A DNA stretch of 62,000 bases from assembly GCA_013239625.1 (NCBI GenBank), contig MU053933.1, forward strand, positions 1,821,026 through 1,883,025, written 5' to 3'. The stretch's first letter is position 1. Every line of letters begins with the position of its first letter. The position numbers and the translations under genes are program-made. Positions 51,596 through 62,000 of the stretch are shown here, one piece after another. The notes beneath the pieces are model-generated. The model saw only the letters and a list, made by a program, of their open reading frames with translations. It had not been told where the DNA came from and made no database searches. Origin of the DNA: Lama guanicoe. Taxonomy: Eukaryota.

Positions 51596-51707
51596 GAGGA
51601 ACTTGCCTTTGTTTTTGAGATGCTGCAGCAGTTTGAAGACGCCCTGGTGCAGTACGATGAGCTGGACGCCCTGTTTTCTCAGTATGTTGTCAACTTTGGT
51701 GCTGGGG
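51596..51707 (+). CDS. TRAPPC10: TRAPPC10 exon 6 (EELAFVFEMLQQFEDALVQYDELDALFSQYVVNFGAG-D)
   Basis: T-rich tract then aaacag| acceptor, G|gtgagt donor, 112 nt. Confidence 0.97.
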
Positions 51708-52849
51708 GTGAGTAGCAGAGCTCTAGAAACGGCCCCTCTCTCCGCACAGGCTCCCCGCTCCTCAGGGCCGGGGGCCGCCGCTTAGTCACCCAGCGATGGG
51801 CCGTCCTTTGTTGTTTTTGCATGGATTATACAGGCTATATTCCTATGGTTCCTATGGGAAATGAAATGAGAATTGAGAGCTAACGTTGTTTTTAGATAGA
51901 AAGTGTCATTTCTGCAGCTCACAGCTGGCTAGTGATGCTTCTGATTCTGTGCCTCCTTGGGAGCGTAGGAGTGGAATCTTCTGTTGAGAGGCTGTCTTTG
52001 TAATATTTGAGTGGTCATTGCAGCGAGTCTTACGTGACAATGTTGTGAAGGGCGCTCATCTTTCAAACTGTTAAACGATGTCTTAAGACTTCTGCGAATC
52101 CAGCATCAGCACAGTGGCAGAGGGTGAAGCTTCTCGTTGTGCTCGCTGCTTTCTGCTTGACGCTGCTTTTGAGAGAAGCGGCACCGCACCGCGACGCCCG
52201 CGGCCTGTAGCTGTCCTCGTCAGCCGTCCGCCAGCGGCTCCTCTTCAGGCTGACGGGTCAGGGTCGGAGCCGCTGCTGACGGCAGCCGCGTAGCGCTTCG
52301 CAGCGCGGGTTCGTTAGCTGTGTTCAGCCACCCCTGGTGTTGGACATTTGGGTTGTTTCCACTCTTGCTACCACAAGCAGTGCTGTGAGAGGTGTCTTAG
52401 TTGGGGGTCCTTTTTGAGAACCCTTATCACAGTGTCTGAAGAAAGGAGTGACGCTGGGAGACCGGTAGGGACGTGCAGTGCTGGGGCAGTCACGTGAGCC
52501 GTGGGCACCATCCTTGTCCTGGAGTGGTGAGGTGTCCCCAGCTGAGCCCCACTCCCTGACGGGTCCATGCAGTTCAGGTTGGGACCTCCTGCTCTGCTAA
52601 GACACACATATAGACGTGTGCCCGGAGCAAAGGGTTTACCGATCAGGTTTAAAACATTTAGAAGCGGTAAAATGACAAATCTTGCCTTTTACCAGCTCAC
52701 ATTATACATCCATGTCTCAGATAGCTTATATAGTTGTTACATTGTCTTTCACACAATTTCTTTGTTGTCTCAGTTTTAATATAAATCTGGGGCAATTTAA
52801 AATTCAAAAGTAAGCCTGGACCAACTTTTGCAGCTAAATGGTAAGATTG

Positions 52850-53260
52850 TTCATTTTTGTTCGTCACACAGCAGATACTTCCTGAGAGGCCACTGTGTGC
52901 CAGGTACTGCTCTAAATACAGTAGGAACAGAGCAGAATTCCTTCTTCTGTGGAGTTTACATGAAGGGGAGGCAGGCACAGAAAGTCAGTATGTGGCTTAA
53001 AGTCCAGTGGTGAGGATCTGAGTGCAGGCTGCAGGAGAGGACACGGTGCTGGGGAGAGACGGTTGGTCCGGGAGGTAATGTTGGCACCGAGGCCTGACCG
53101 AGGTGTAGGAGTGAGCCAGGAGGCTGCTGGGACGGGGGCCCCCCGACCAAGGGACCTGCTGGGGTAGGGGCTGACGGGTGGGGCAGACCCCTCTGGCAGG
53201 GCACTGCAACAGCTCTGAGTTCAGATGAGTGAAGGGTGCTGCTGCAGCCGGCACGTCAGA
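52850..53260 (-). mobile_element. L2 fragment (others at about 48880-49330 and 56430-56880)
   Basis: cactgtgtgccaggtactgctctaaataca, an antisense L2 3' end. Confidence 0.65.
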
Positions 53261-54060
53261 TGCTCCCTGACATCCCGTTGACCGCGCTGCGTGCGCCAGC
53301 ACTGAGTCACGTCCTGGCGTGAATGTAGAGTGAGATGGTTATGACTCCTCTCTGAGTGTAAGAAAAACAGATTAAACTGTTTTCATGAAGATTGAATGAC
53401 TTGTTATTGTAGCTTCTCTTGTTTAAGATCACATTTAAGCCTTAGGGCTATCAGTTAAAATCAGGGGGCCTTGCTGGAAATTTCTGACAGTTGAGAATTT
53501 TCCCCCTCTGCTTCCCGCTGCTATGTCTTCCTTGTGCCTCCTGTCCCTTCCTTGAGGGGCATGACTCAGGTAGTGGACATGGTTGGAGACAGACATTTAA
53601 GGAAGTAAGGAGAAGTGTGAGGTGAAGGAAGATAAGACAGACCAGCACGGTCACATGGCCAGGCCGCTCCCCAGCTCCCGCCTGGGCCTCATGCCTTCTC
53701 TTGGAGCTGACTGACCCCAGAGCCTGAGCTGTCCCTGACCCTTGGCCCGGCTGTCTCTGATTGCATCTTGCCCTGACCATGGCCTCCTGGGCCCAGTACA
53801 ACGTTGTGCCTTGTGGCCTCCGTCCCGTTCCCCTGTGCTCATCACCAAATGCCAGGTCCTGAGCGGGTGTCCTTGTGGTAACCACCCCGTCCCCACATCA
53901 CTGGTCCGGGTCCCCAAAAACTGGAGGGGCGGGCCGGCGCCCAGGGACCAACCAGCCGCTAAGCTGCCCCTCGGTCCCTGGGGGCCACAGTCCTGCGCAG
54001 GAATCTCAGTGAGGTGGACGGATCTGCAGTCAGCGCCTTTCATGCTGTGTGTTTGTTTAG

Positions 54061-54308
54061 ATGGTGCCAACTGGCTGACTTTTTTCTGCCAGCCGGTGAA
54101 GAGCTGGAATGGACTGATCCTCCGAAAGCCCATAGATATGGAGAAGCGCGAATTGATACAGAGGCAAGAAGCCACCCTGTTAGATCTGCGCAGTTACCTG
54201 TTCTCTCGCCAGTGCACCCTGCTCCTCTTCCTGCAGAGGCCATGGGAGGTGGCTCAGCGCGCCCTCGAGCTGCTGCACAGCTGTGTGCAGGAGCTGGAGC
54301 TCTTGGAC
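54061..54308 (+). CDS. TRAPPC10: TRAPPC10 exon 7 (GANWLTFFCQPVKSWNG...CVQELELLD)
   Basis: gtttgtttag| acceptor, |gtgagt donor, 248 nt. Confidence 0.97.
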
Positions 54309-56899
54309 GTGAGTCGTCTCTTTCCCAGTCTGCCCCTTCCTGACCGTGACCCGGAACTCTGAACCTTCGGTCCTGACGTTGAACTGTGTGTGCTTAGGAA
54401 AGAGTGTTCTTTCTGAATGTCCTTCACTTTTTGCTATATCATTTGCATAGCTACTCTGTACTGATTCATGAATTGCTTGAAAATGTAACTTCTGCTCTCA
54501 GCATGTGGAGTTCACGTTGGCCTGGAACGAGCCTCTTAGGTCGGTTTCTTAATGTAATTTTTTAAAGTAACTTTGGCTTATTCTCTGGGAGCTGGTCTTC
54601 ACTGACGAGGATTACTCACCCGATGGACACGTAGGATTAGGTTTTGTAGGTGGACACTGATTTGATTTTAGAACTGTCTTCTCAGATAAGTGGTTGAAGG
54701 TACCCATGTGAGTGGCACACAACACGCTGTGCACGGTGATGAGTAGCATCAAGTATACTGGAGACACGTTGTGAACACGTGTGTGCATGTGTGGGCGAGA
54801 GAAGCCAGTTAGTGAGGCCTAAAGCAGTTTATTTGTAGTGAAATACTTGCCTTTAAAGAGTGATACCTCCCGGGCTGCTGAACTCTTTTACTGCCCATAG
54901 GATCAGACACACTTAGTGAGGCCAGGGAGCTTCTGTGACTGTCCGGTCTGGGGGGCGCTCACCTTTTTTATTTTAGTGACCTCTTTACCCAGAAGAATAT
55001 ACAAAGTGTTACACACGGAACGTGCACACGGAGTGTCTTGTGCCATTTCGCAGGACTCACAGGCACCCCCGCCCTGTTCCCCGGCTGAGAACTGCGCGAA
55101 TGGTCTAATGCCACTGTGCAAACGGGGACAGTGGGTCTGGAAGTGGTTAAACGGCTTACCAGTAAGTAACACAGCTGTCCCTGAGCCAGGTCACCCTGCC
55201 GCCCTCCACTCCTGGCTGCCAGCGGCAGTTACGGGAGGCCCAGTGTGAGCAGCGGTAGGGAGGGTCTGCACAATTTAGAAACTCCTGCTGTGTGTTCCCT
55301 GGACAGCTAAGTAACAGGCTCGACCCTGAGGAGACGTAAACGCTTCTAAAAACCCAAGTGAAGAGAGATTATTTTAATGTCTAAAAATGAAGTGTCTTGC
55401 GTAGCTGAGTCAAAAAATTGAGAATTTGACTTTTTATCAAATTATTTTTCTTCCTCGGACATCTGATCAAGCACATGAGGAGAAACAACATTTTCCAGCC
55501 AGTGGATTTTGATCACCTGCTTTAGCTGCTCCGCTCTCTCCGTGCTGACTGGGGAGGGGGCAGGTCTCACTAATAGGGCAAGGCTGCCTGTGTTCGGGGG
55601 TGCCCAGAGATTTCACTGTTCACACTGGGCACTTTCAAATTGACCCCAGGGGGGCGTCTTAGGAAGGACGCAGCTTGGGGCAGGCGTGGGAAACTGTGGA
55701 GGGTGGTGTGGAGCCGGTCTCCTTAGTGCTGGGCCCAGCTCCTCACAAATTGGAGGATTTAAGAACCTTTTTCAGATTTTTTTTTCTTGCCTTAGAAAGT
55801 TGGCTAGTAGTGGGGCTGCCAGGCTGCAGAGAGGAGAGGAGAGGAGAGGATGCGGTTAGAGGCTGGGCTCTCTGGGTGAGGAGGGAGCCCCCCCCCCCCG
55901 GCATCCGAAAGCTGGGCGGGAGGAGCCGTGGCCTCGGGACACACTGCTCCCGGGCAGGCGGTGTGAAGCCAGGAGAGTGGACGTGGGAGGCCGGCTAGGG
56001 GCAACCTGTGTGGTGCGGGAGTGGTGACGCCTTTTCCTCCGGGGTCCCTGCACCAGCATCTTTGGCCGCCATTGCTCCTCTGTCTTTCCGCGTGTGGGCA
56101 CAGTGCGGTGGCCACAGGGAAGACGCGTGGTTTCCCGCTCGCCCGCTGCCCAGCGCAGCCCGTGTCCCGAGTTCTGTAGAAGTAGCTGGAACGGGTCAGC
56201 CTTTGGGCTAGAAAGAGAACCTCCAGGGAAGTGTTGGGCCCCGGGGCCTGGGATGCCTGGAGATGCCCATGGCTGGGGTGGGCAGCGGGCTGGGTCTAGG
56301 TGCTCGTCCTCTGGCGTGGCTGGTGACAAGCCGTGTGCTCTGTGCCCCTCGCGTCAGGGTGCTACTTCCCCGCGCCTCCCTTTGCTGAGTGACCTGGTCC
56401 TTGTCATCACTGTCTCCCCAAGTGTAGGCCTCCCCACTCGCCACACTGTGGAGCTTTCATTTTAGTGGAACAAGTAGACCAAGTCAGAATCCCCAGGTAG
56501 ACGTGGCTTCGGTGGCAGGTGCAGAGAGAATGCGTTTCAGGCAGAGAAAAGTAACTTGTATTTAAAGAGTTCTAAAGGAACTTAGTCCTGCTAGAACTTA
56601 GGTGGAAAGGGAGGACTTGGACAGAGGCTACTGGAAGCCAGATTCTGAAGGGAGATTGTGAAAGTGTCATCTTAAAAGTTGGATTTTGTTCTGTAGCTAG
56701 TAGGGAGCCATCGTTGGCTTTGCAGGTGGGGTGCCACGAAAGGCGTGAGGACCTGGGGGTTGGGGGGCAGAGGGAAGCAAAGACTTGGACGGAGGCCCAG
56801 GGAAGAGAGAGAGACTTCTGCCATAACCTAGCGAGAAGGGTGAGGTCCGAACTAAGGTGGTTGGGGTAGATTCTGAATAAACAGTAAAAAAAATTTACT

Positions 56900-57960
56900 C
56901 AAGGAATAAATGGTTCTGAGTCAACTGAGTATCTGTCTCACACCATACACAATGAACTCCAGGTGGAGTTTTAGTCTAAATATGAAAGGCAAAACAGGAA
57001 AGCTTCTGGAAGGTAATATGGGAGAGTATCTTCATGACCTTGGGGTTAGCAGGTGCGCCTTAGACAGGACTGAAAAGTGCTAACCGGGAAGGCACGGCAG
57101 GAGAGCCTGGGCGGCGGGGAAACCCAAGCGCCCCTTCGTCAGTAGATGCGGTGGAGTGGGTGGGAGGGCAGCCCGGGTGGGAGAGGGCCCGCAGGCTGTG
57201 GAGTCGAGAGGCCTCCATCCAGAATATGTAAACAAGTCCTGCAGACCAGCTTAAAAGACTGACGCATTGGTGGAAAACAGGCAGAAAAGGTATCCAGGTG
57301 GGCAGGAAGCGTGTGCAGGGCGCTCAGCCTCGTTGACCCTAGTGAGATGCAGGCTGAAACCACGGTGACATGCCAGCATCCCCGCCGGAGTGGCCAGCAG
57401 GGAAAGGCCTGACAAGGGTCAGTGAGATGGTGGAGGAACCGGAGCGCCTTTCTCGAGGCGAGTGGGGTTGAGCCAAATGTGTGCATGCCCTGTGAGCCGG
57501 CAGTTTCACCCCAAGTCACGGAAACACAGGTGTGCCTGGAGACAGCGCAGAGGCGCTCATGGCAGCATTGTTCATGATCGCTAGAAACTGGAAATAACCC
57601 AAATGTCCATCGCGTGCAAGGGGAGCAGTGGCCGCGGCTGTTCAGGCAGCAAAAGAGCACCCAGCACTGGCAGCAGCGCACTTGTGGTGGGCGAGTCTTC
57701 CAAATGTAAAGTTCAGCTAGAGAAGTCTGGCACAAAAGGACCCTGCATTTTGTTTCGTGTGTGCAGAGTTCAAGATTAAGCAGAAGTGGTCTGTTGGGAG
57801 GCGTCTGGCTGGTGGTGGCTCCATGCAGGGGACGGCAGCTGGGAGGGAGCTGGGGGGCGGCTGCACCTGTGACCAGCGAGGGGGGCCACTTTGGGGTTCA
57901 CTTAGGATGCAGGTTTCTTAGCATTTGTGTTACGTAAAAAAAGTAGGTTTCACAAAAGAG
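56900..57960 (+). mobile_element. L1M/L1ME ORF2 end and 3'UTR remnant
   Basis: ctcacaccatacacaatgaactccagg...gctcatggcagcattgttcatgatcgctagaaactggaaataacccaaatgtccatc. Confidence 0.8.
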
Positions 57961-59523
57961 AATGAAAAGAATGCCTTTAATTTTAGGCTTAGAAAACAGT
58001 AAAACAGCTTTGCTGTTACTGGTAATGCTGGTATCAGAAGAGGAGGAGGCTTTAAGAAGACTGAAGAATACCTACTAAGAAATTAGTTTTTAAAGTGTAT
58101 TGCTCACAGAAGAGGTGATCAGGCGACCCAGAAGTCTGGAAAGGTGCTCATTTGGCATCCTTCTTGTCAGGGCGTGTGAGTCGTCTAGAGACGCTGAGGG
58201 CACCGCTGGTGCCGAACAGGGCGGCGGAGCTGCAAGCTCTGCTGGTGCTTGGCCAGCGGTGGACAGTGGCTTCTCTCTGTCAGGTTTGGGTGGCTTTCAG
58301 AGGTACGTGCACCGCCACTGTCTACAGAAGGGTGGCTCCTGGGTGAGACCACGTGGGCCGCTTGGCACCCTCGTGTGTTTGTTGCGGTGTTTGCTCCCTC
58401 CACGGCTGCATGCCAGGCGGTGCCCGCCCTGGTGTGACTGGCGGAGGGACGTGCTCCGACCGGGGCCCCGGGCTGCAGCCTTCCCACCAGCTCCTGTGCC
58501 TCCCTTTGAGTGCGGCCCATTGTCTGGGCAAGAAAGTTGTACCACTTTCTGAAAGTAGCTTCTGCTCACATACGTTTTTTTTTATACTGAGTTTTCTTCT
58601 CAAAGGACCTAAGTAGTCTATCTCATTTTTCAAAGACTGGCCAGTTCAGCGTTTATAGGGACATTTCGTGGCATTCTCTGGTTCTTTACAGTTGGTTCCA
58701 GGTCCTTTTATCTGTGCTCAGGGTGTGCTGTTGAGGGAGTCCTTACATAAGTCCATCTCGTCGGCATCAGGTAGCTTCTCATTTGTCGCCAGTTGCAGCA
58801 TCGCCACTGTGTCCCCGTTTGGAATAGTACCAATGACCATAATCTCACCAAAACTGGGGTACAGTATGGGGTACCTCATGATATCAGTGCCACCAGGGAG
58901 ACGGGCAGCGCTGCCAGCTAGAAGCGGTCAGGTGCCACTGGCTGTGAGACACAGTCCTGTGTCGGAGATGCTGAGACGTGGGGGGGGGCCCGTCTTAGAT
59001 CCGGGCCTGTGGGGCTGGTGCTTTTGAGTTTCTGCCAATACGACACTTACTCTATCACGTCTCTGAGCAACAGGAGCTCTCTTTTATACACATAATTACA
59101 CCTAAGAATTAATGGTAATTCTTAAATATCATCTACTATCTACTTACTATTCAGATTTCTAGTGTTGAACATGCCCCTTCTGACATGTGACCCAGCGGTC
59201 ACCTGAGATCTTAGCTCCGCCTTCACCTTACGTGCCCTTAACCTGAGAGGTGGTCGGTTTTCGACCTTCGAGTGAGGGATGTTAGTCAGCCTTTCTGTAG
59301 GCTTCTTTTCTTAACAAGCATTTAAAATCTATCGTTGAAAGTGACACCAGTGCCGAGTCAACGTGGTCATCAGGAGCATGACCCAGACAGCACGTCTGGG
59401 CATGGGGCGCCCCACCCCGCCGGCGCTCTCCCAGGGCTGGGGCCGCTGCTGGAAGGGGCAGATGAGGGCGCGCGGGCTCGGGCCCTTTCCCGAGCGCTGT
59501 CCTCACGCCTGCGCTGCCCCCAG

Positions 59524-59670
59524 GTCTCCGTCCCGCCCGGCGCTCTGGACTGCTGGGTGTTTCTGAGCTGTCTGGAGGTGCTGCAGAGGATCGAAGGTTG
59601 CTGTGACCGGGCACAGATAGACTCCAACATTGCCCACACCGTGGGTTTGTGGAGCTACGCCACCGAGAAG
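59524..59670 (+). CDS. TRAPPC10: TRAPPC10 exon 8 (VSVPPGALDCWVFLSCLEVLQRIEGCCDRAQIDSNIAHTVGLWSYATEK)
   Basis: gcccccag| acceptor, AAG|gtaact donor, 147 nt. Confidence 0.97.
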
Positions 59671-60257
59671 GTAACTGCCAGCGTGCAGATGTGAGCTCTG
59701 TCCCTGGGCTGTGCCTCCGGGGCGGGGTGAGCTGTGGGGAGCGTACTGGTCACTTAGCCACGGGCGGGTCTAGTTGCTTTAGGGCGTGTCTGGCAGCAGC
59801 TGGATCAGGTGGTTCCCTGTGAGTGTCACTGGATTCAGCAGGGATCAGACACTTGCTGTGCTTGTGCCGAAGGCGGGACTCAGGAACGGGGTGGGGGCCA
59901 CCACAGGGGGAAGTGTGAAGCCTCATGTAGCGTGGAGTGGCCTCTGCTTAACCGTGTGCCGCAGGAAGGCCTGCTGGAGGGGGTCGTGTGGGGCAGGCAG
60001 CGTGGGAGACCCTGAAAGCCTGGGGGAGGCGTGGGCTGGGAGCGGCCACCTCAGGGTGACTCAGAGTTACCGTGCAGGAGGTTTGAGTGTGGAGCAGCCC
60101 CAGTGAGGTGCATTTTTGTATTCAAGTGAGAGTTACGTGGGTAGGAAAGCTACAGTCTTCCAGGATTTAGTTTGGATTTTATTTTTGCATTGCAATTTAT
60201 AAATCCTCTGCTGACTCTTAGGGCAAAGTCAGTGAACGTTTGTGTTTATCTCAACAG

Positions 60258-60372
60258 CTGAAGTCCTTGGGCTACCTGTGTGGGCTTGTGTCGGAGAAGG
60301 GCCCTAACTCAGAAGACCTCAACAGGACAGTGGACCTTCTGGCGGGCTTGGGAGCCGAGCGACCAGAAACAG
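60258..60372 (+). CDS. TRAPPC10: TRAPPC10 exon 9 (LKSLGYLCGLVSEKGPNSEDLNRTVDLLAGLGAERPET-A)
   Basis: tctcaacag| acceptor, CAG|gtacct donor, 115 nt. Confidence 0.97.
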
Positions 60373-61215
60373 GTACCTTCTGGGATGTGCCTGTGCACGC
60401 GGTGGGAAGTACTGAGAATGTCGGCTGTAACTGGCGTGTATGACTCGGGTTCTGGCAAAGTAGCTACTCACCGCTTGGGAAATTGTACTCATTGTTAGCT
60501 GGCCAGGTTAATGCATAGAGTATTTTACCTTTTAGTAACATAAAGAAATGTTAGAAATAGTTAAAGAAGTTGGGGGGACTCTTAAAAACGTGCCTGAGTT
60601 TCCCACAGGCTTAAGTGAGCTCCCTGTGACTTTTCACAGCCCACGTGAGGTTTAAATGCACCGGTCTCCCTCTGAACTACAGGTGATGTGTTTTTTTTAA
60701 CTATATGGCCAGACAGATCCTTTTATTCAGTAAATTACTCCTAGGTAATAAAGCACTTGAGCATGACTAATTTTTCTTGGTACGAACATAGAGATGAGTG
60801 TGGTTTAGCAAAGCTGCTGCTTAAGTACAGAAATCCTAGTGACCTGAAAGGACTCCTACTGAATTGAGTAGGTTTGTTAGGGAAAATGTGTTACATGTGT
60901 ATTAATTATACTGTTTCAGCTTGGGATCACTTCACATCACTTCGGAAGTAATTCAGTTCTTTGGAGGATTTGTAATACATACTTAAAAAAATTCTAGTCT
61001 CAAAGATAAAAGTATTACGTGAAGGGTTGAGACTGTTTTGTGAATAGATTACCTGGACACGGATGTGAGTGGTGACACAGCTCCGGCTGGCGTGGGTGTC
61101 TGTGATCTCCACAAGCGTCAGGTGGAGTCCTCTACCTGTGGCACTTGGGGCTGAATGTAAACACACATGATGGGCATGATGGTGCTGAAACAGGACTCAT
61201 TTCTTTCTCTTTAAG

Positions 61216-61292
61216 CCAACACAGCTCAGAGTCCTTATAAGAAACTCAAAGAAGCATTGTCATCAGTAGAAGCTTTTGAAAAACACTACTTA
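61216..61292 (+). CDS. TRAPPC10: TRAPPC10 exon 10 (NTAQSPYKKLKEALSSVEAFEKHYL); gene continues beyond the window
   Basis: ctctttaag| acceptor, |gtaagt donor, 77 nt; cumulative CDS 1377 nt stays in frame. Confidence 0.96.
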
Positions 61293-62000
61293 GTAAGTAT
61301 TACAGATGTTCCCTGCCCACCCGTGGCAGACAGCCCGTCTCCCTGAGACTTTTCTGGTACATGAGCTTTTGAATTGGGAATAAGCTGGTGTTTGGGAACC
61401 CCCTCTTGTTGGCCTTATAAGTTTCTTTGGTACCCTAGGGAGTTGTGGATGAAATCTGTAATTAGCAGTTTCATTAGATCAGACCAGAAAGGATCGTTGC
61501 TTCTTAGTATCCACGGTACCGTAATTAGGCATAAAGCGTCTTTGGATGTTCATAATCTTGTTCACAGTGGTACTGCTATTCAGTAGAACGGAAATCGTAA
61601 GAAAGGACAGTGAATGGTTTTCTGTGTGCAGAGGAATAATCTGAACCTGAGCAGAGCTGTTGTGCCTGGTTTCAAAGGACTTGGATTTGGGAGAGCTTAG
61701 AAAGCAGTGCAGCAGAGGCGCGGCGAACCATTTGCTTTCTCAAGTCGTGGAAAACTCAAGAGCATCTGACAGTAGTCTGTAATTTTATCTCTGTTATCCA
61801 CAGTGTGAGAAAAATATCAAGATGTTACCCACATACGGAAAATACTTCGAAAAAAGAGAATATTCTGTGCTGCTGAGTTCATATTTCTTTTATTATTATG
61901 CTTCATAATTTATATACAAGTTAATGACTTTATATAAATCACTATCACATAAAAACTCAATGCAAAAATAGATGCAGAGTAAATTATTAGTGACAAAGTC

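Noticed and set aside
51593..51598. NAGNAG (CAG GAG) alternative acceptor at exon 6
   Set aside because: GAG acceptors are rarely used, and the effect would be a single Glu.
10311..58963. Orphan blocks as Helitrons, histone stem-loops, terminators, or exons of one nested or readthrough gene
   Set aside because: No consistent 5'-TC/CTRR-3' ends, no histone stem-loop consensus, no U tract after the hairpins, and inconsistent splice sites and frames; stop density is near random expectation.
59103..59125. TAAGAATTA-atgg-TAATTCTTA hairpin
   Set aside because: AT-rich and within an apparent old L1MC fragment; shows that such tetraloop hairpins also arise by chance.
1..62000. CRISPR-like or regular repeat-spacer array
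   Set aside because: No regularly spaced direct repeats seen; the DNA is eukaryotic.

Overview
Mammalian genomic DNA, most likely camelid (it carries a Vic-1-type tRNA-Ala-derived SINE). The window holds the CpG-island promoter and coding exons 1-10 of TRAPPC10 (TMEM1) on the + strand: ATG at 18190, 1377 nt = 459 codons, all introns GT-AG with consistent phases. The gene continues past the window end. The rest is intergenic or intronic DNA rich in L1, L2, MIR, MaLR/ERV LTRs and DNA-transposon remnants, with a 711-bp assembly gap (13884-14594). Repeat families and boundaries were assigned by eye and are approximate. Best-supported oddity: a U6 snRNA retrocopy whose 26 substitutions are all A/T->G/C. 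Also noted: uORFs in the TRAPPC10 leader, and several 200-420 bp orphan blocks without transposon hallmarks. Two of these blocks appear to interrupt ancient L1 sequence cleanly, and five end in a perfect 6-9 bp hairpin with a 4-nt loop. That last pattern is speculative and untested statistically.
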